A stretch of DNA of 54,160 nucleotides, from sequence record SRR20825019_1297. One strand, 5' to 3'. Shown piece after piece: positions 31,632 to 40,636 of the stretch. Below the pieces are notes generated by a model that saw only the letters and a list, made by a program, of their open reading frames with translations, searched no databases and had not been told where the DNA came from. Position 1 is the stretch's first letter, and each line of letters begins with the position of its first letter. The translations under genes were made by a program, and so were the position numbers.

Positions 31632-34600
31632 TTATGATATAGTTTGTTGTGCCGATGGTTTCTTGTAATACCTGCTTTCGCAATCATCAGGGTCTAATGA
31701 CGGACTAATTACTTTTGTCCTCGACATCAGGGATGAAAAGAAATGCGGAACTAATAACAGGATGGTAACAGTAGAAGCAATTAAGCCACCGATAACCGCC
31801 CTGCCCAAAGGAGCTACCTGCTCAGCGCCATCGCCTAAGCCCATTGCCATTGGCAACATTCCGGCAAGCATTGCTGCTGCGGTCATCAATACAGGTCTTA
31901 ATCTTGAAGAAGCGGCAAGCCTTGCGGCATTGGATGGCTTCAAGAGCAGTTTTTTACGGTAATATTCTGCCTGATTGACCAGTAAAACCGCATTGGAAAC
32001 CGATACGCCAAGCGACATAATAATGCCCATATAGGATTGCAGGTTAAGCGTACTGCCTGTAAGAAAAAGAATGATAAGGCTTCCCGCAACAACGGCAGGT
32101 AATACCGAAAGGATAATCAATGGAACTTTGAACGATTGGTAATAAGCCGACAGCATTAGGAATATGGCTATAATAGCTACGCCCAAGCCTGCCAAAAGAC
32201 TGCCCAGTGTATCATCTAAAAGTTGTAATGTTCCCTCTGTCCAAACGAGTGTACCACGGGGCGGTTCCCCGGCATCTTTAATGGCTTGTTTCACTGCCCG
32301 TGAAGCTGTACCCAAATCCTTACCGTACACATTGGCAACGATGGTAACATAGCGATTAGGACCCTTACGGTTTACCTGCGCTGGAGCCGTAACCCTGCGT
32401 ATGGTTGCCACATCTTCCAGTACCGGGCGAAGACTGCCTGCTTTTAATGGAAGCGACCGCAATCTTTCTTCCGACATAATCCCCTCCGGTATTTGTACTT
32501 GTGTCTGGAATACCAATCCCGATTTCGGGTCAATCCACAGGTTTTTATCCGTAAAACGAGTAGATGATGTAGCCGTAACAAGGCTGCGTGTAATATCCTG
32601 CATCGTCAGCCCGAACTGTCCGGTAAGGTCACGGTTTACCTCAATTTCCATACTCGGATATGCAATGGGTTCAGCAATACGGACATCCCGCAGGTACGGA
32701 ACTTTTTTCAGGTTGGCTTCAATCTTTGAGGCGTGTGCAAAAGCTCCTTTTACCTGTCTTGCTCCTACTTTGACTTCAATCGGGGTCATTGCTCCCTGTC
32801 CCATAATTTTTTCTGTAAGCTCCATCGGTTCAAAATTGAAAGCGACCTCGGGGTGCTTCTTGATAATCTTTTTACGGACTTTTTCTTTAAAATCTTCTAT
32901 CGAACCGCTGTACACATCCTGATTGACGGATATTTGCAACACGGCTTCGTGAGAAGCATTACTGAAAAGGAATATCGGGTTGATAGGTGAACCTGCGGGG
33001 TGCATCCCTACAAATGCGGAGGTAATATTCAATCCGTTTTCGGGTAGTTCCTCTTTAATATCTTTGGTAATCTCTTTGACAATCTGTTCTGTTTTTTCGA
33101 GCCGGCTTCCCTGTGGCGCATCTATTCGTATCTGAAAGTCACCGCTATTTGAAATAGGCATCACATCTGTACCGACAACCGTCAACAGTAAGCCTGCAAC
33201 AATGCCCGCTAACAAAACATATACGACAAAAAGAGGCAATGCTTTGGTTGACCATTTACGCATCCGGTAGGAGTAGTGGACACGGAACTTTTCAAAGAAA
33301 GCCCGTTTCCTCCGTGTATTGGCTGGTTTGTAGTGCTTACTTTTCATCAACCAGTTTGCCAAAATTGGCACAAAGGTCTGCGAAGCCAGAAAGGAAGCAA
33401 TCATTGCAAAGGCAACCGCCATTGACAAAGGCATAAACATATCTTTCGGAATGCCCGTCATAATAAAAGCAGGGGTCAGTACCGCAAGAATACAGAGTAA
33501 TATCAGCAATTTGGGGATAGAGATTTCGAGCAGGGCATCCACAATAGCCCGCTGTTTGGGCTTGCCCATTTCCATATGCTGGTGTATATTCTCTATGGTT
33601 ACCGTGGCTTCATCGACGAGAATACCGATAGACAGGGCAAGACCGCTCAAAGTCATAATATTGATAGTCTGCCCGAAAAGATACAAAGTTGTAACTGCCG
33701 AAAGGATAGCAATCGGGATGGTCAGCACCACAATAATTGCTCCCCGTGTATCGCCTAAGAACAATAATATCATCAGCCCCGTAAATACTGCTCCCAAAAT
33801 TCCCTCGTGAATAAGGTTGGAGAGTGAGCGTTCGATATAGCTCGACTGGTCAAATTCATAGCTGACCTTTACATCTTCGGGTAATTGGTTCTTCAGCATC
33901 GGAATGGCGTTCTTCAGGTTCTCAACGGCATCCAATGTAGAAGCATCCGCTTTTTTAATAATTGGCAGATAAATGGAACGTTTACCGTTTATTAAAGCGT
34001 AACCTACGGTCTGGTCTGCTCCGTCCTCAACACGAGCAACATCGCCCACATATACGGTATGGTTATCACTTGTTTTTACAGGGGTCTTCAATAGCTCTTC
34101 CGGTCCCTTTGCGATGGAATTAATTGGAGCCATCAGGTTTTCATCGCCGATACGGATATTTCCGGCAGGAGAAGGAAGACTGTTTTTGGTTATGGCTGCC
34201 GTTATTTCTTCGGGACTTAGCCCGTTCGCCTGCATTGCTTCGGGGTCGATATTGATGACAATGGAACGGATATTTCCGCCAAAGGGAGCCGGAGAGGTAA
34301 TTCCCGGAATGGATGTAAACATTGGTCTTATTCTCGTAATGGCAAGCGTTTGTAATTCGTTTACCGAACGCTGGTCGCTTTCAAACACCAATTGCCCGAC
34401 CGGAAGCGAACTTCCGTCAAACCGTACCACCATTGGAGGAACCGCACCCGGCGGCAGAAAACCCATTGCCCTCGAAACAGATGTCGAGACCTCTCCGGCA
34501 GCCTGTGCCATATTGGTTCCGGGATAAAAGGTCAACTTCATCAGGGTCAACCCCTGTACACTTTTAAAATCTATATTTTTTACGCCGCTAACAAACAGGA

Positions 34601-34811
34601 GTACCTTTTGGAACTCGTTTGCCATAAATCCGTCCATATAAGCGGGGGATAGCCCACCGTAAGGCATAGCGACATATACCGCTGGTAATTCCACTTTGGG
34701 AAATATATCTACGTTTATTTTTTTTATGGTATTATAGGAGAAGAAAGCTATCGCCAGTACGACAACCATAATCGCAATGGGCTTTCTTAACGCAAATCTT
34801 ATAATGTTCAT
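31632..34811 (-). CDS. RND efflux permease subunit
   Basis: 1059 aa, RND topology; INIMTLSGLALSIGILVDEA.V.IENI; RLRPVLMT. Confidence 0.93.
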   Translation of the reverse strand: MNIIRFALRKPIAIMVVVLAIAFFSYNTIKKINVDIFPKVELPAVYVAMPYGGLSPAYMDGFMANEFQKVLLFVSGVKNIDFKSVQGLTLMKLTFYPGTNMAQAAGEVSTSVSRAMGFLPPGAVPPMVVRFDGSSLPVGQLVFESDQRSVNELQTLAITRIRPMFTSIPGITSPAPFGGNIRSIVINIDPEAMQANGLSPEEITAAITKNSLPSPAGNIRIGDENLMAPINSIAKGPEELLKTPVKTSDNHTVYVGDVARVEDGADQTVGYALINGKRSIYLPIIKKADASTLDAVENLKNAIPMLKNQLPEDVKVSYEFDQSSYIERSLSNLIHEGILGAVFTGLMILLFLGDTRGAIIVVLTIPIAILSAVTTLYLFGQTINIMTLSGLALSIGILVDEATVTIENIHQHMEMGKPKQRAIVDALLEISIPKLLILLCILAVLTPAFIMTGIPKDMFMPLSMAVAFAMIASFLASQTFVPILANWLMKSKHYKPANTRRKRAFFEKFRVHYSYRMRKWSTKALPLFVVYVLLAGIVAGLLLTVVGTDVMPISNSGDFQIRIDAPQGSRLEKTEQIVKEITKDIKEELPENGLNITSAFVGMHPAGSPINPIFLFSNASHEAVLQISVNQDVYSGSIEDFKEKVRKKIIKKHPEVAFNFEPMELTEKIMGQGAMTPIEVKVGARQVKGAFAHASKIEANLKKVPYLRDVRIAEPIAYPSMEIEVNRDLTGQFGLTMQDITRSLVTATSSTRFTDKNLWIDPKSGLVFQTQVQIPEGIMSEERLRSLPLKAGSLRPVLEDVATIRRVTAPAQVNRKGPNRYVTIVANVYGKDLGTASRAVKQAIKDAGEPPRGTLVWTEGTLQLLDDTLGSLLAGLGVAIIAIFLMLSAYYQSFKVPLIILSVLPAVVAGSLIILFLTGSTLNLQSYMGIIMSLGVSVSNAVLLVNQAEYYRKKLLLKPSNAARLAASSRLRPVLMTAAAMLAGMLPMAMGLGDGAEQVAPLGRAVIGGLIASTVTILLLVPHFFSSLMSRTKVISPSLDPDDCESRYYKKPSAQQTIS

Positions 34812-34821
34812 ATACGATTAA

Positions 34822-36219
34822 TTAAAGGTTGTTAAACAAAAAGTCGAAATCGGCAGTCAGCTCTGCCTCGTAAGCTAGCAATACCCAATAATCACGGGAA
34901 GCCTCGATATGGGCGTTCTCCGCTTGTTCGAGCAAAATACGTATCTGTAACAGTTCGCTCAACGTGATTAAACCGCTTTTGTACCTTGCGAGGTACATAT
35001 TGTAAGCGTCCTGCGACTGTTGTACGGCAAGTTTTGTTTTTTGAAGCTGTTCGTATTGCTGTTTGATTTTTGCCTGTGAAGCGGACAAATCTGCCTGCAT
35101 TGCCTGCTGGTACTGTGAATGCAATAATTTGGTGCTTTCTGCTTCTTTAAATAGCTGTTCGCTTTTCATCCGTTTGGTATGCAGGCTTGTCAAATTCCAG
35201 GTAATACCGATACCTGCCAAAAAATTATTGGTGGTATTGCTGAACCCGTCTTTCCACGCTCCCGATACCATTCCGTTAGGGTTGACACCCGTACCCCGGT
35301 AGGCATAACCACCCAACAAGTTAATAGAGGGCAAAGAAGACCTTTTTTGTGCCTCGCCGCTCAACGTGTAATACTCGGATTGTTTATCCAAAGCATCTAA
35401 AATGGGGTGTGAGGGATTGATGGCATTTACCTTGTTTAAAGTATTTTCGGCGGGATTGCCAAAACGGTTGGCAGATGCGGTATAATTAATAGTATCATTA
35501 CCGTACAATTCCAGCAATTTGATAAGGGAAGCATTTTTAAAACCATTCCATTTATCGTGTTCACCCATTGCCTGTATATACGATGATGAAGCGAGCAGAC
35601 TGTCTGCTGCAGGTCTTAAGCCAGAAGCGGACAAGCCCGAAGTTATCTTGCGAATATCGTCCAAACGTTCGGCGTTCTTTTCCGTCCAGTTCAGTTTGGC
35701 GTTGTTGTACAAAAGTGTGATGTATCTTTCGGATAATATTTTTTTGAGGTTGAGGATATAAGCATTTTTATCGCTTACCGATTTATCATACAAAGCATTC
35801 GCAGCCTCGTTTTGCTTACGGAGCTTTCCAAAAGAGAACACTTCCCATTGAACAATGGCGGAACCAAAGGTATTGGCAGCCGTAGAACTGCCGTCCTGTG
35901 GCACTGCCGAGCCACTTACATTGAAAAAACCTGCCTGCGGAAAAAACGCCCCTGCGCTTCCCTCATACGTTCCGTAAGTATTCTGTGCCTGTGCATTTAC
36001 CTGTGGAAACATACTGCCTTTTACCGCCCTTTGGTTGAACTTTGCAGCATCAATCGCCGACATTTTGGCTCCCACTCCGGGATAATTTTCTTCGACCTTA
36101 GACCACAGACTGCCTAAAGTATGTTCCTTTTGTTGCTGTGCATATAGCGGAAGCGTAGCAACAATGGCTGACCACAATAAGGCGGTCGCCATAATATGTT
36201 TTATCATATTATGATACAA
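34822..36219 (-). CDS. TolC family outer-membrane channel
   Basis: Signal peptide, helical repeats, ARYKSGLITLSELL motif; adjacent to RND and MFP. Confidence 0.9.
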   Translation of the reverse strand: MYHNMIKHIMATALLWSAIVATLPLYAQQQKEHTLGSLWSKVEENYPGVGAKMSAIDAAKFNQRAVKGSMFPQVNAQAQNTYGTYEGSAGAFFPQAGFFNVSGSAVPQDGSSTAANTFGSAIVQWEVFSFGKLRKQNEAANALYDKSVSDKNAYILNLKKILSERYITLLYNNAKLNWTEKNAERLDDIRKITSGLSASGLRPAADSLLASSSYIQAMGEHDKWNGFKNASLIKLLELYGNDTINYTASANRFGNPAENTLNKVNAINPSHPILDALDKQSEYYTLSGEAQKRSSLPSINLLGGYAYRGTGVNPNGMVSGAWKDGFSNTTNNFLAGIGITWNLTSLHTKRMKSEQLFKEAESTKLLHSQYQQAMQADLSASQAKIKQQYEQLQKTKLAVQQSQDAYNMYLARYKSGLITLSELLQIRILLEQAENAHIEASRDYWVLLAYEAELTADFDFLFNNL

Positions 36220-36315
36220 TTTTGGAGAGGTCGCATAACGACCTATGATTATTTTAAAATGAAAACAATAGAAATTCGACCCATTGAATTGGTACGGTCA
36301 ATAGGGAAAAGAGAA

Positions 36316-36735
36316 TTAGCAGGCGTAATGAATGATAAGTTTCCGGTATTCGAGAAAGATAGGAATAGAATTCCGGATTTTTCCACTGCTATTATAAAGC
36401 GGGTGTTTGTTTTCTTTGCTTACAGGACGTAAGCCAAATAAAAATAAGAATGTAACCGTGAAGATAACGGTAGGTAGCAAGTCGTTCTCATTGAAAGAAT
36501 TTTTTTGAACGCCTTGTGTATCTAAAATATCAAGCTGTGCACATTTTTCAAATGTGTTTGTCAAAAAGTTATGGCTGCCTTTGGGTACGCTCCTTTCTGT
36601 TTTAGTGGGAATACCTGCCCAATTTTTGATACTTGCTTTTACGGCGCAGGATGTAAGCAATACCAAAAGCATTGCAGCGAACACTAAAAAGTATCGCTTG
36701 CAATTTGCTAAAATATTTGGTATATTCCTGTCCAT
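36316..36735 (-). CDS. Hypothetical membrane protein heading the efflux operon
   Basis: Two hydrophobic segments, LTSC lipobox-like motif; TAATTTTG (36750-36743) directly upstream of ATG 36735. Confidence 0.65.
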   Translation of the reverse strand: MDRNIPNILANCKRYFLVFAAMLLVLLTSCAVKASIKNWAGIPTKTERSVPKGSHNFLTNTFEKCAQLDILDTQGVQKNSFNENDLLPTVIFTVTFLFLFGLRPVSKENKHPLYNSSGKIRNSIPIFLEYRKLIIHYAC

Positions 36736-37020
36736 CAATCTACAAAATTAGTCTTATTTGATTAAGAATGCAAACAAATTTGACTATATAATAACTTTTA
36801 ACCGTATAAATGATGAAACTCACATAGCCTGCTATTGTTAACTCAAGCGGAAGAAGTAAATGATAGTACTACGAGAATAAAAGTAGCAAAAGACATGGCA
36901 AATATTATTAAGTAGCTGATGAAATTAACTTGGGTATACCTAAAAATTAAAATGATATTACCTGGCTAATTAGTTATTTTAATTTCAAAGATGGATGCAG
37001 AAAACGTTTTTACAAACGGA

Positions 37021-37040
37021 ATTCAACAACCATCTTGAAT
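37021..37040. promoter_or_regulatory. ATTCAA-N8-TTGAAT palindrome (second copy of candidate operator)
   Basis: Same arms and spacing as 39496-39515. Confidence 0.4.
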
Positions 37041-37107
37041 CTTGGACGAATATAGTTTCTGTTAAGTATGTTTTAAAGGAGTTTACAAAACAGGGGTTTT
37101 AAATAAA

Positions 37108-37467
37108 TTACCTTTTTAATTCTTTTTGGAAGGTTTCAAAAGCTTGTAAAGCTTTAGCACCATAAAAATGGGATGGACCACCTCCCATCAGAATAGCAAT
37201 TCCTATCATTTCTGAAAACTCCTCCAAAGTACAGCCTAATTTTACACAATCATGGACATGTACAGTTATACAACCTTCGCATCTTGCCGCTACTGCCAAT
37301 GCAGAAGCAATAAGTTCTTTCGTTTTTTTGTCTAATACACCTTCTTTCAAAGTTGCTTTCTGCAATAATGCAAAAGTTTTAAATACATCAGGTGCATTAT
37401 TGATTAAATGAGGGTACACTTTATCTAACTCTTGGTGATTTTTTTGATAATCTTCGTAAATGCTCAT
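37108..37467 (-). CDS. Carboxymuconolactone decarboxylase / AhpD-like protein
   Basis: LDKKTKELIA.ALAVAARCEGCI.VH and MGGGP motifs. Confidence 0.88.
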   Translation of the reverse strand: MSIYEDYQKNHQELDKVYPHLINNAPDVFKTFALLQKATLKEGVLDKKTKELIASALAVAARCEGCITVHVHDCVKLGCTLEEFSEMIGIAILMGGGPSHFYGAKALQAFETFQKELKR

Positions 37468-37576
37468 AACTTATAATTCTATTAAATGAATGAGACAAAA
37501 ATAGAAACGAAACCACCTCTAAGACTTACACCAATCGGGGCAATTCTTATACACTCTGAATAACCGAAAAACAGGA

Positions 37577-38542
37577 TTATTTATGTAAATTCCTGAATTT
37601 CAGAGGTGATAAGCCAGTGTTATTTTTAAAAAACCTACTAAAATGTCCAAGAGATGAAAATCGCAGTTCTAATGCGATTTGGCTAAAACTTAAATCGGTC
37701 TGTAGAACAAAGCTTTTTGCAGCCAACAAAACCTGCTCATTGATTTCCGATCTCACATTACTTCCCGTCTGTTTTCTTACTATACTGTTTAGATAATGAG
37801 CAGAAACATTCAGCATATCTGCGTAATCCACTACTTTTCTTTTAGAAATATAATTTTGCTTCAATAATTTTCTAAACTGGGTCACTAAAGAAGCATGCGT
37901 GGTATTTTGTATTTGCAATCCTTCACTTTGGGTATTAAAATGTTTTTCTATTTCCAACAATAGAATATTCAAATACAACCTAACCAATAAATCGTTGTAG
38001 GAAGACGTGCTGACACAATAGTCTTTTTCGATTTTATTTACAATCTGAAGAAACTCCTTCATTTCTAAAGGATTGATTTCAGCCACCGGGACAACATTGG
38101 TTAAAAAATAAAAAAAATCATTTAGCTTAGATTGATTTCGTAAAGAAAGCGAATAGTAGTTCTCGTCGAATATTAATTGATATCCTTTTACATCATCAGA
38201 GATAGGATGCATTTTATACAGTTGATTTTCACTTACAAAACAAACCGAAGGAGCTTCCACATTAATACTATGTGTACCAATAGTTATTTTAACCTGACCT
38301 TGTGTAAGCAGAATAATAGAAAAAAAAGAACGACTTTCGACCGTTATATGATCACTATCCATTCCTACTTTCAAATCTTCGATTTTTATGATTTCTAAGA
38401 AACCTGTATTTACGTAAACATCATCTGAAGAATGGATCTTTTCGCAATCTATCCTTTGCTGGAAGGACAAATGATTTTTTCTAAAATTCTTTAGGTCTTT
38501 TAGGTGAACAATTTTTTCAACTTTTTTACTTGACATAATCAT
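37577..38542 (-). CDS. AraC family transcriptional regulator
   Basis: C-terminal double HTH: YADMLNVSAHYLN, IALELRF....HFSRFFK..TG.SP..FR. Confidence 0.9.
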   Translation of the reverse strand: MIMSSKKVEKIVHLKDLKNFRKNHLSFQQRIDCEKIHSSDDVYVNTGFLEIIKIEDLKVGMDSDHITVESRSFFSIILLTQGQVKITIGTHSINVEAPSVCFVSENQLYKMHPISDDVKGYQLIFDENYYSLSLRNQSKLNDFFYFLTNVVPVAEINPLEMKEFLQIVNKIEKDYCVSTSSYNDLLVRLYLNILLLEIEKHFNTQSEGLQIQNTTHASLVTQFRKLLKQNYISKRKVVDYADMLNVSAHYLNSIVRKQTGSNVRSEINEQVLLAAKSFVLQTDLSFSQIALELRFSSLGHFSRFFKNNTGLSPLKFRNLHK

Positions 38543-38573
38543 TTGAGCTTCTTATATGAGGAAACTTTTTATC

Positions 38574-39416
38574 CTATTTCTCAATCGGTAGGTTTAATTT
38601 TTCCTGTCCCCATTCCGTCCAGGAACCGTCATAGACTTTGAAATTATCTTCACCGGTAACCAGGTATTCTGCAAAAGCCAAAATGCAAGCTGTAATACCA
38701 CCGCCACAGGAATAGATTTTCTCGTTAGACCCGTCCAAGGCACTATCTATGCTATTCTTTAGCATCTCCAGATCCTTGTATCCATTTTCATCCAGCAAAT
38801 CAGTAAAGGGAAGGTTTATGGCATTGGGTATATGACCAGCGTTAATGCCTTTTTCTTTGTTTCCGCCTTTTATACCATTATAATATTCTTCACCACGTGC
38901 GTCTAAAATAGGTACATCCTGATTATAAATATTATTTTTTACCTCTTCTAAACCAGCTAAACATTTATTAGAGAAATGTGCGGCAAAATCACCATGTAAA
39001 GAAGGTGTTATATATTCCTTCGATAGGGGATAACCCAACTTTTTCCATGATGGTAATCCTCCATTTAATACATATACTTCTGTATGTCCCATGATATGAA
39101 ACATCCACCAAACTCGTGGCGAAGAATAAATACCCCATCGGTCGTACAAAATAAGAACAGAATCATTATTAATACCTAAGTTTCTTGCTGCCTCTTGAAA
39201 ATGTTCCGGCGAGGGCAAAGTATAGCGTAACCCTGATGTCTCATCAGAAAATGTATGCTCCAAATCAAAAAAAAGGGTCCCCGGTATAAGTTCCAATGGC
39301 TGCTCTTTTAAACTCTCCCCAAGGCGGTCAATGGTACAATCCAACAAAATGAAATTGTCTGGTGTGAGTGTAGAATGGAGTTCTTTAGGGGATATAAGAG
39401 GTGAATTAAAAATCAT
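38574..39416 (-). CDS. sseA: Two-domain sulfurtransferase (3-mercaptopyruvate/SseA-like rhodanese)
   Basis: SPRVWWMF, VLNGGL, LDAR, GHIPNA, active-site loop CGGGITAC, YDGSWTEW. Confidence 0.88.
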   Translation of the reverse strand: MIFNSPLISPKELHSTLTPDNFILLDCTIDRLGESLKEQPLELIPGTLFFDLEHTFSDETSGLRYTLPSPEHFQEAARNLGINNDSVLILYDRWGIYSSPRVWWMFHIMGHTEVYVLNGGLPSWKKLGYPLSKEYITPSLHGDFAAHFSNKCLAGLEEVKNNIYNQDVPILDARGEEYYNGIKGGNKEKGINAGHIPNAINLPFTDLLDENGYKDLEMLKNSIDSALDGSNEKIYSCGGGITACILAFAEYLVTGEDNFKVYDGSWTEWGQEKLNLPIEK

Positions 39417-39486
39417 GATTTTATAATTTTATTACTATAGAGCAACAGGCGTTTTATTCACTTGTTATAATCGGCAAAGTCAAAAT

Positions 39487-39538
39487 AATTCAACTATTCA
39501 ACCAAATAGTTGAATTTATATTATTTTTTGTATATTTG
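39487..39538. promoter_or_regulatory. Palindromic operator between divergent sseA and trx operons, plus -7 box
   Basis: Perfect AATTCAACTATT-N6-AATAGTTGAATT (39487-39516) containing ATTCAA-N8-TTGAAT; TATATTTG at 39531-39538. Confidence 0.7.
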
Positions 39539-39580
39539 CTCCCTGAAAGCATATTTTTTGAAAAATTAAAAAGTGTAGTT

Positions 39581-39892
39581 ATGAGCTATTTAGAAAAGTT
39601 TAAAAATGAACGAAAACCAGTATTAGTGCAGTTTTGGGCAGAATGGTGTGCTCCATGCCGAATGCTTAGGCCTATCGTTGACAATATTGAAAGAAAAGCA
39701 GACAATAAGCTTCTTGTTGACCGTGTGAATATTGATCAAGAAAGAGAGATAGCAATGGAATTTGACATAAGGTCTATTCCTACCTTAATGTTAGTAAAAG
39801 AAGGAAATATTATTTGGCAAAACGCGGGGCTTATGGGAGAAAATGATCTGACCAATTTGCTGGAAGAAACTTTATCGGTAAGCATTTCATAA
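39581..39892 (+). CDS. trxA: Thioredoxin
   Basis: FWAEWCAPC and IRSIPTL; start placed at ATG 39581, downstream of the promoter. Confidence 0.88.
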   Translation: MSYLEKFKNERKPVLVQFWAEWCAPCRMLRPIVDNIERKADNKLLVDRVNIDQEREIAMEFDIRSIPTLMLVKEGNIIWQNAGLMGENDLTNLLEETLSVSIS

Positions 39893-39946
39893 AGTTATTT
39901 CTGATAAACAATCCAATGACCAGCAATTTTAAATCAATAAGAACGT

Positions 39947-40612
39947 ATGAAAACAGACGTGCAGCAACTTAAAGAAAAAATATATGAGGAATTATCCAAA
40001 ACCGCAAAGGCATTGGGTAATGCTAAGAGATTAGAGATTATTGATTTGCTCGCTCAGGGTCCATTATGTGTCGAAGAAATAGCAAATCAGACGGCTACGA
40101 GTTTTGCCAACGCTTCCAAACATTTACAGGTACTGAAAACAGCGAAACTGGTGCGTATAAGCAGGAGGGGTAATTGCATAGATTACTCACTGGCTGATGA
40201 AAATGTTTATCATGCCTGGGAAGCCATTCGTGAACTCGGCGAACTCCATAATGCTGAAATTAAAAACGTTTTACATGATTATCGTAAGAATGAAGGAAAA
40301 GTAAATGGCGTTTCGGCAAGTGAACTCTTATTGAAAGTAAATAAGGGGGAAGCCATTGTTTTAGATGTGAGGTCTGAAGATGAATACAAAAGAGGCCATA
40401 TCCACAAAGCCATATCCCTTCCTGTTGAAATGTTACAGGAAAAAATAAATTCTTTATCGAAAGACAAAGAAATCATTGCCTATTGCCGGGGAAAATTTTG
40501 CTTTTTGGCAGATGAAGCTGTTTCTTTTTTACAAGACAATGGATATAACGCAAGCCGTGTGGAAAATGGCTTTTCTGAATGGGTAGTAAAAGGTTATCCT
40601 ATTGAAAAGTAG
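39947..40612 (+). CDS. ArsR/SmtB HTH regulator fused to a rhodanese domain
   Basis: KALG..KRLEIIDLLAQG...ASKHLQVLK; C-terminal VLDVR..DEY..GHI..A and YCRG.FC. Confidence 0.9.
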   Translation: MKTDVQQLKEKIYEELSKTAKALGNAKRLEIIDLLAQGPLCVEEIANQTATSFANASKHLQVLKTAKLVRISRRGNCIDYSLADENVYHAWEAIRELGELHNAEIKNVLHDYRKNEGKVNGVSASELLLKVNKGEAIVLDVRSEDEYKRGHIHKAISLPVEMLQEKINSLSKDKEIIAYCRGKFCFLADEAVSFLQDNGYNASRVENGFSEWVVKGYPIEK

Positions 40613-40636
40613 AATAAAAATTAAAAATGATTCAAA

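Noticed and set aside
30498-36219. Calling the pump CusCBA/CzcCBA or an antibiotic-resistance determinant
   Set aside because: No diagnostic metal-binding or AcrB-type residues recognised; substrate cannot be assigned from sequence.
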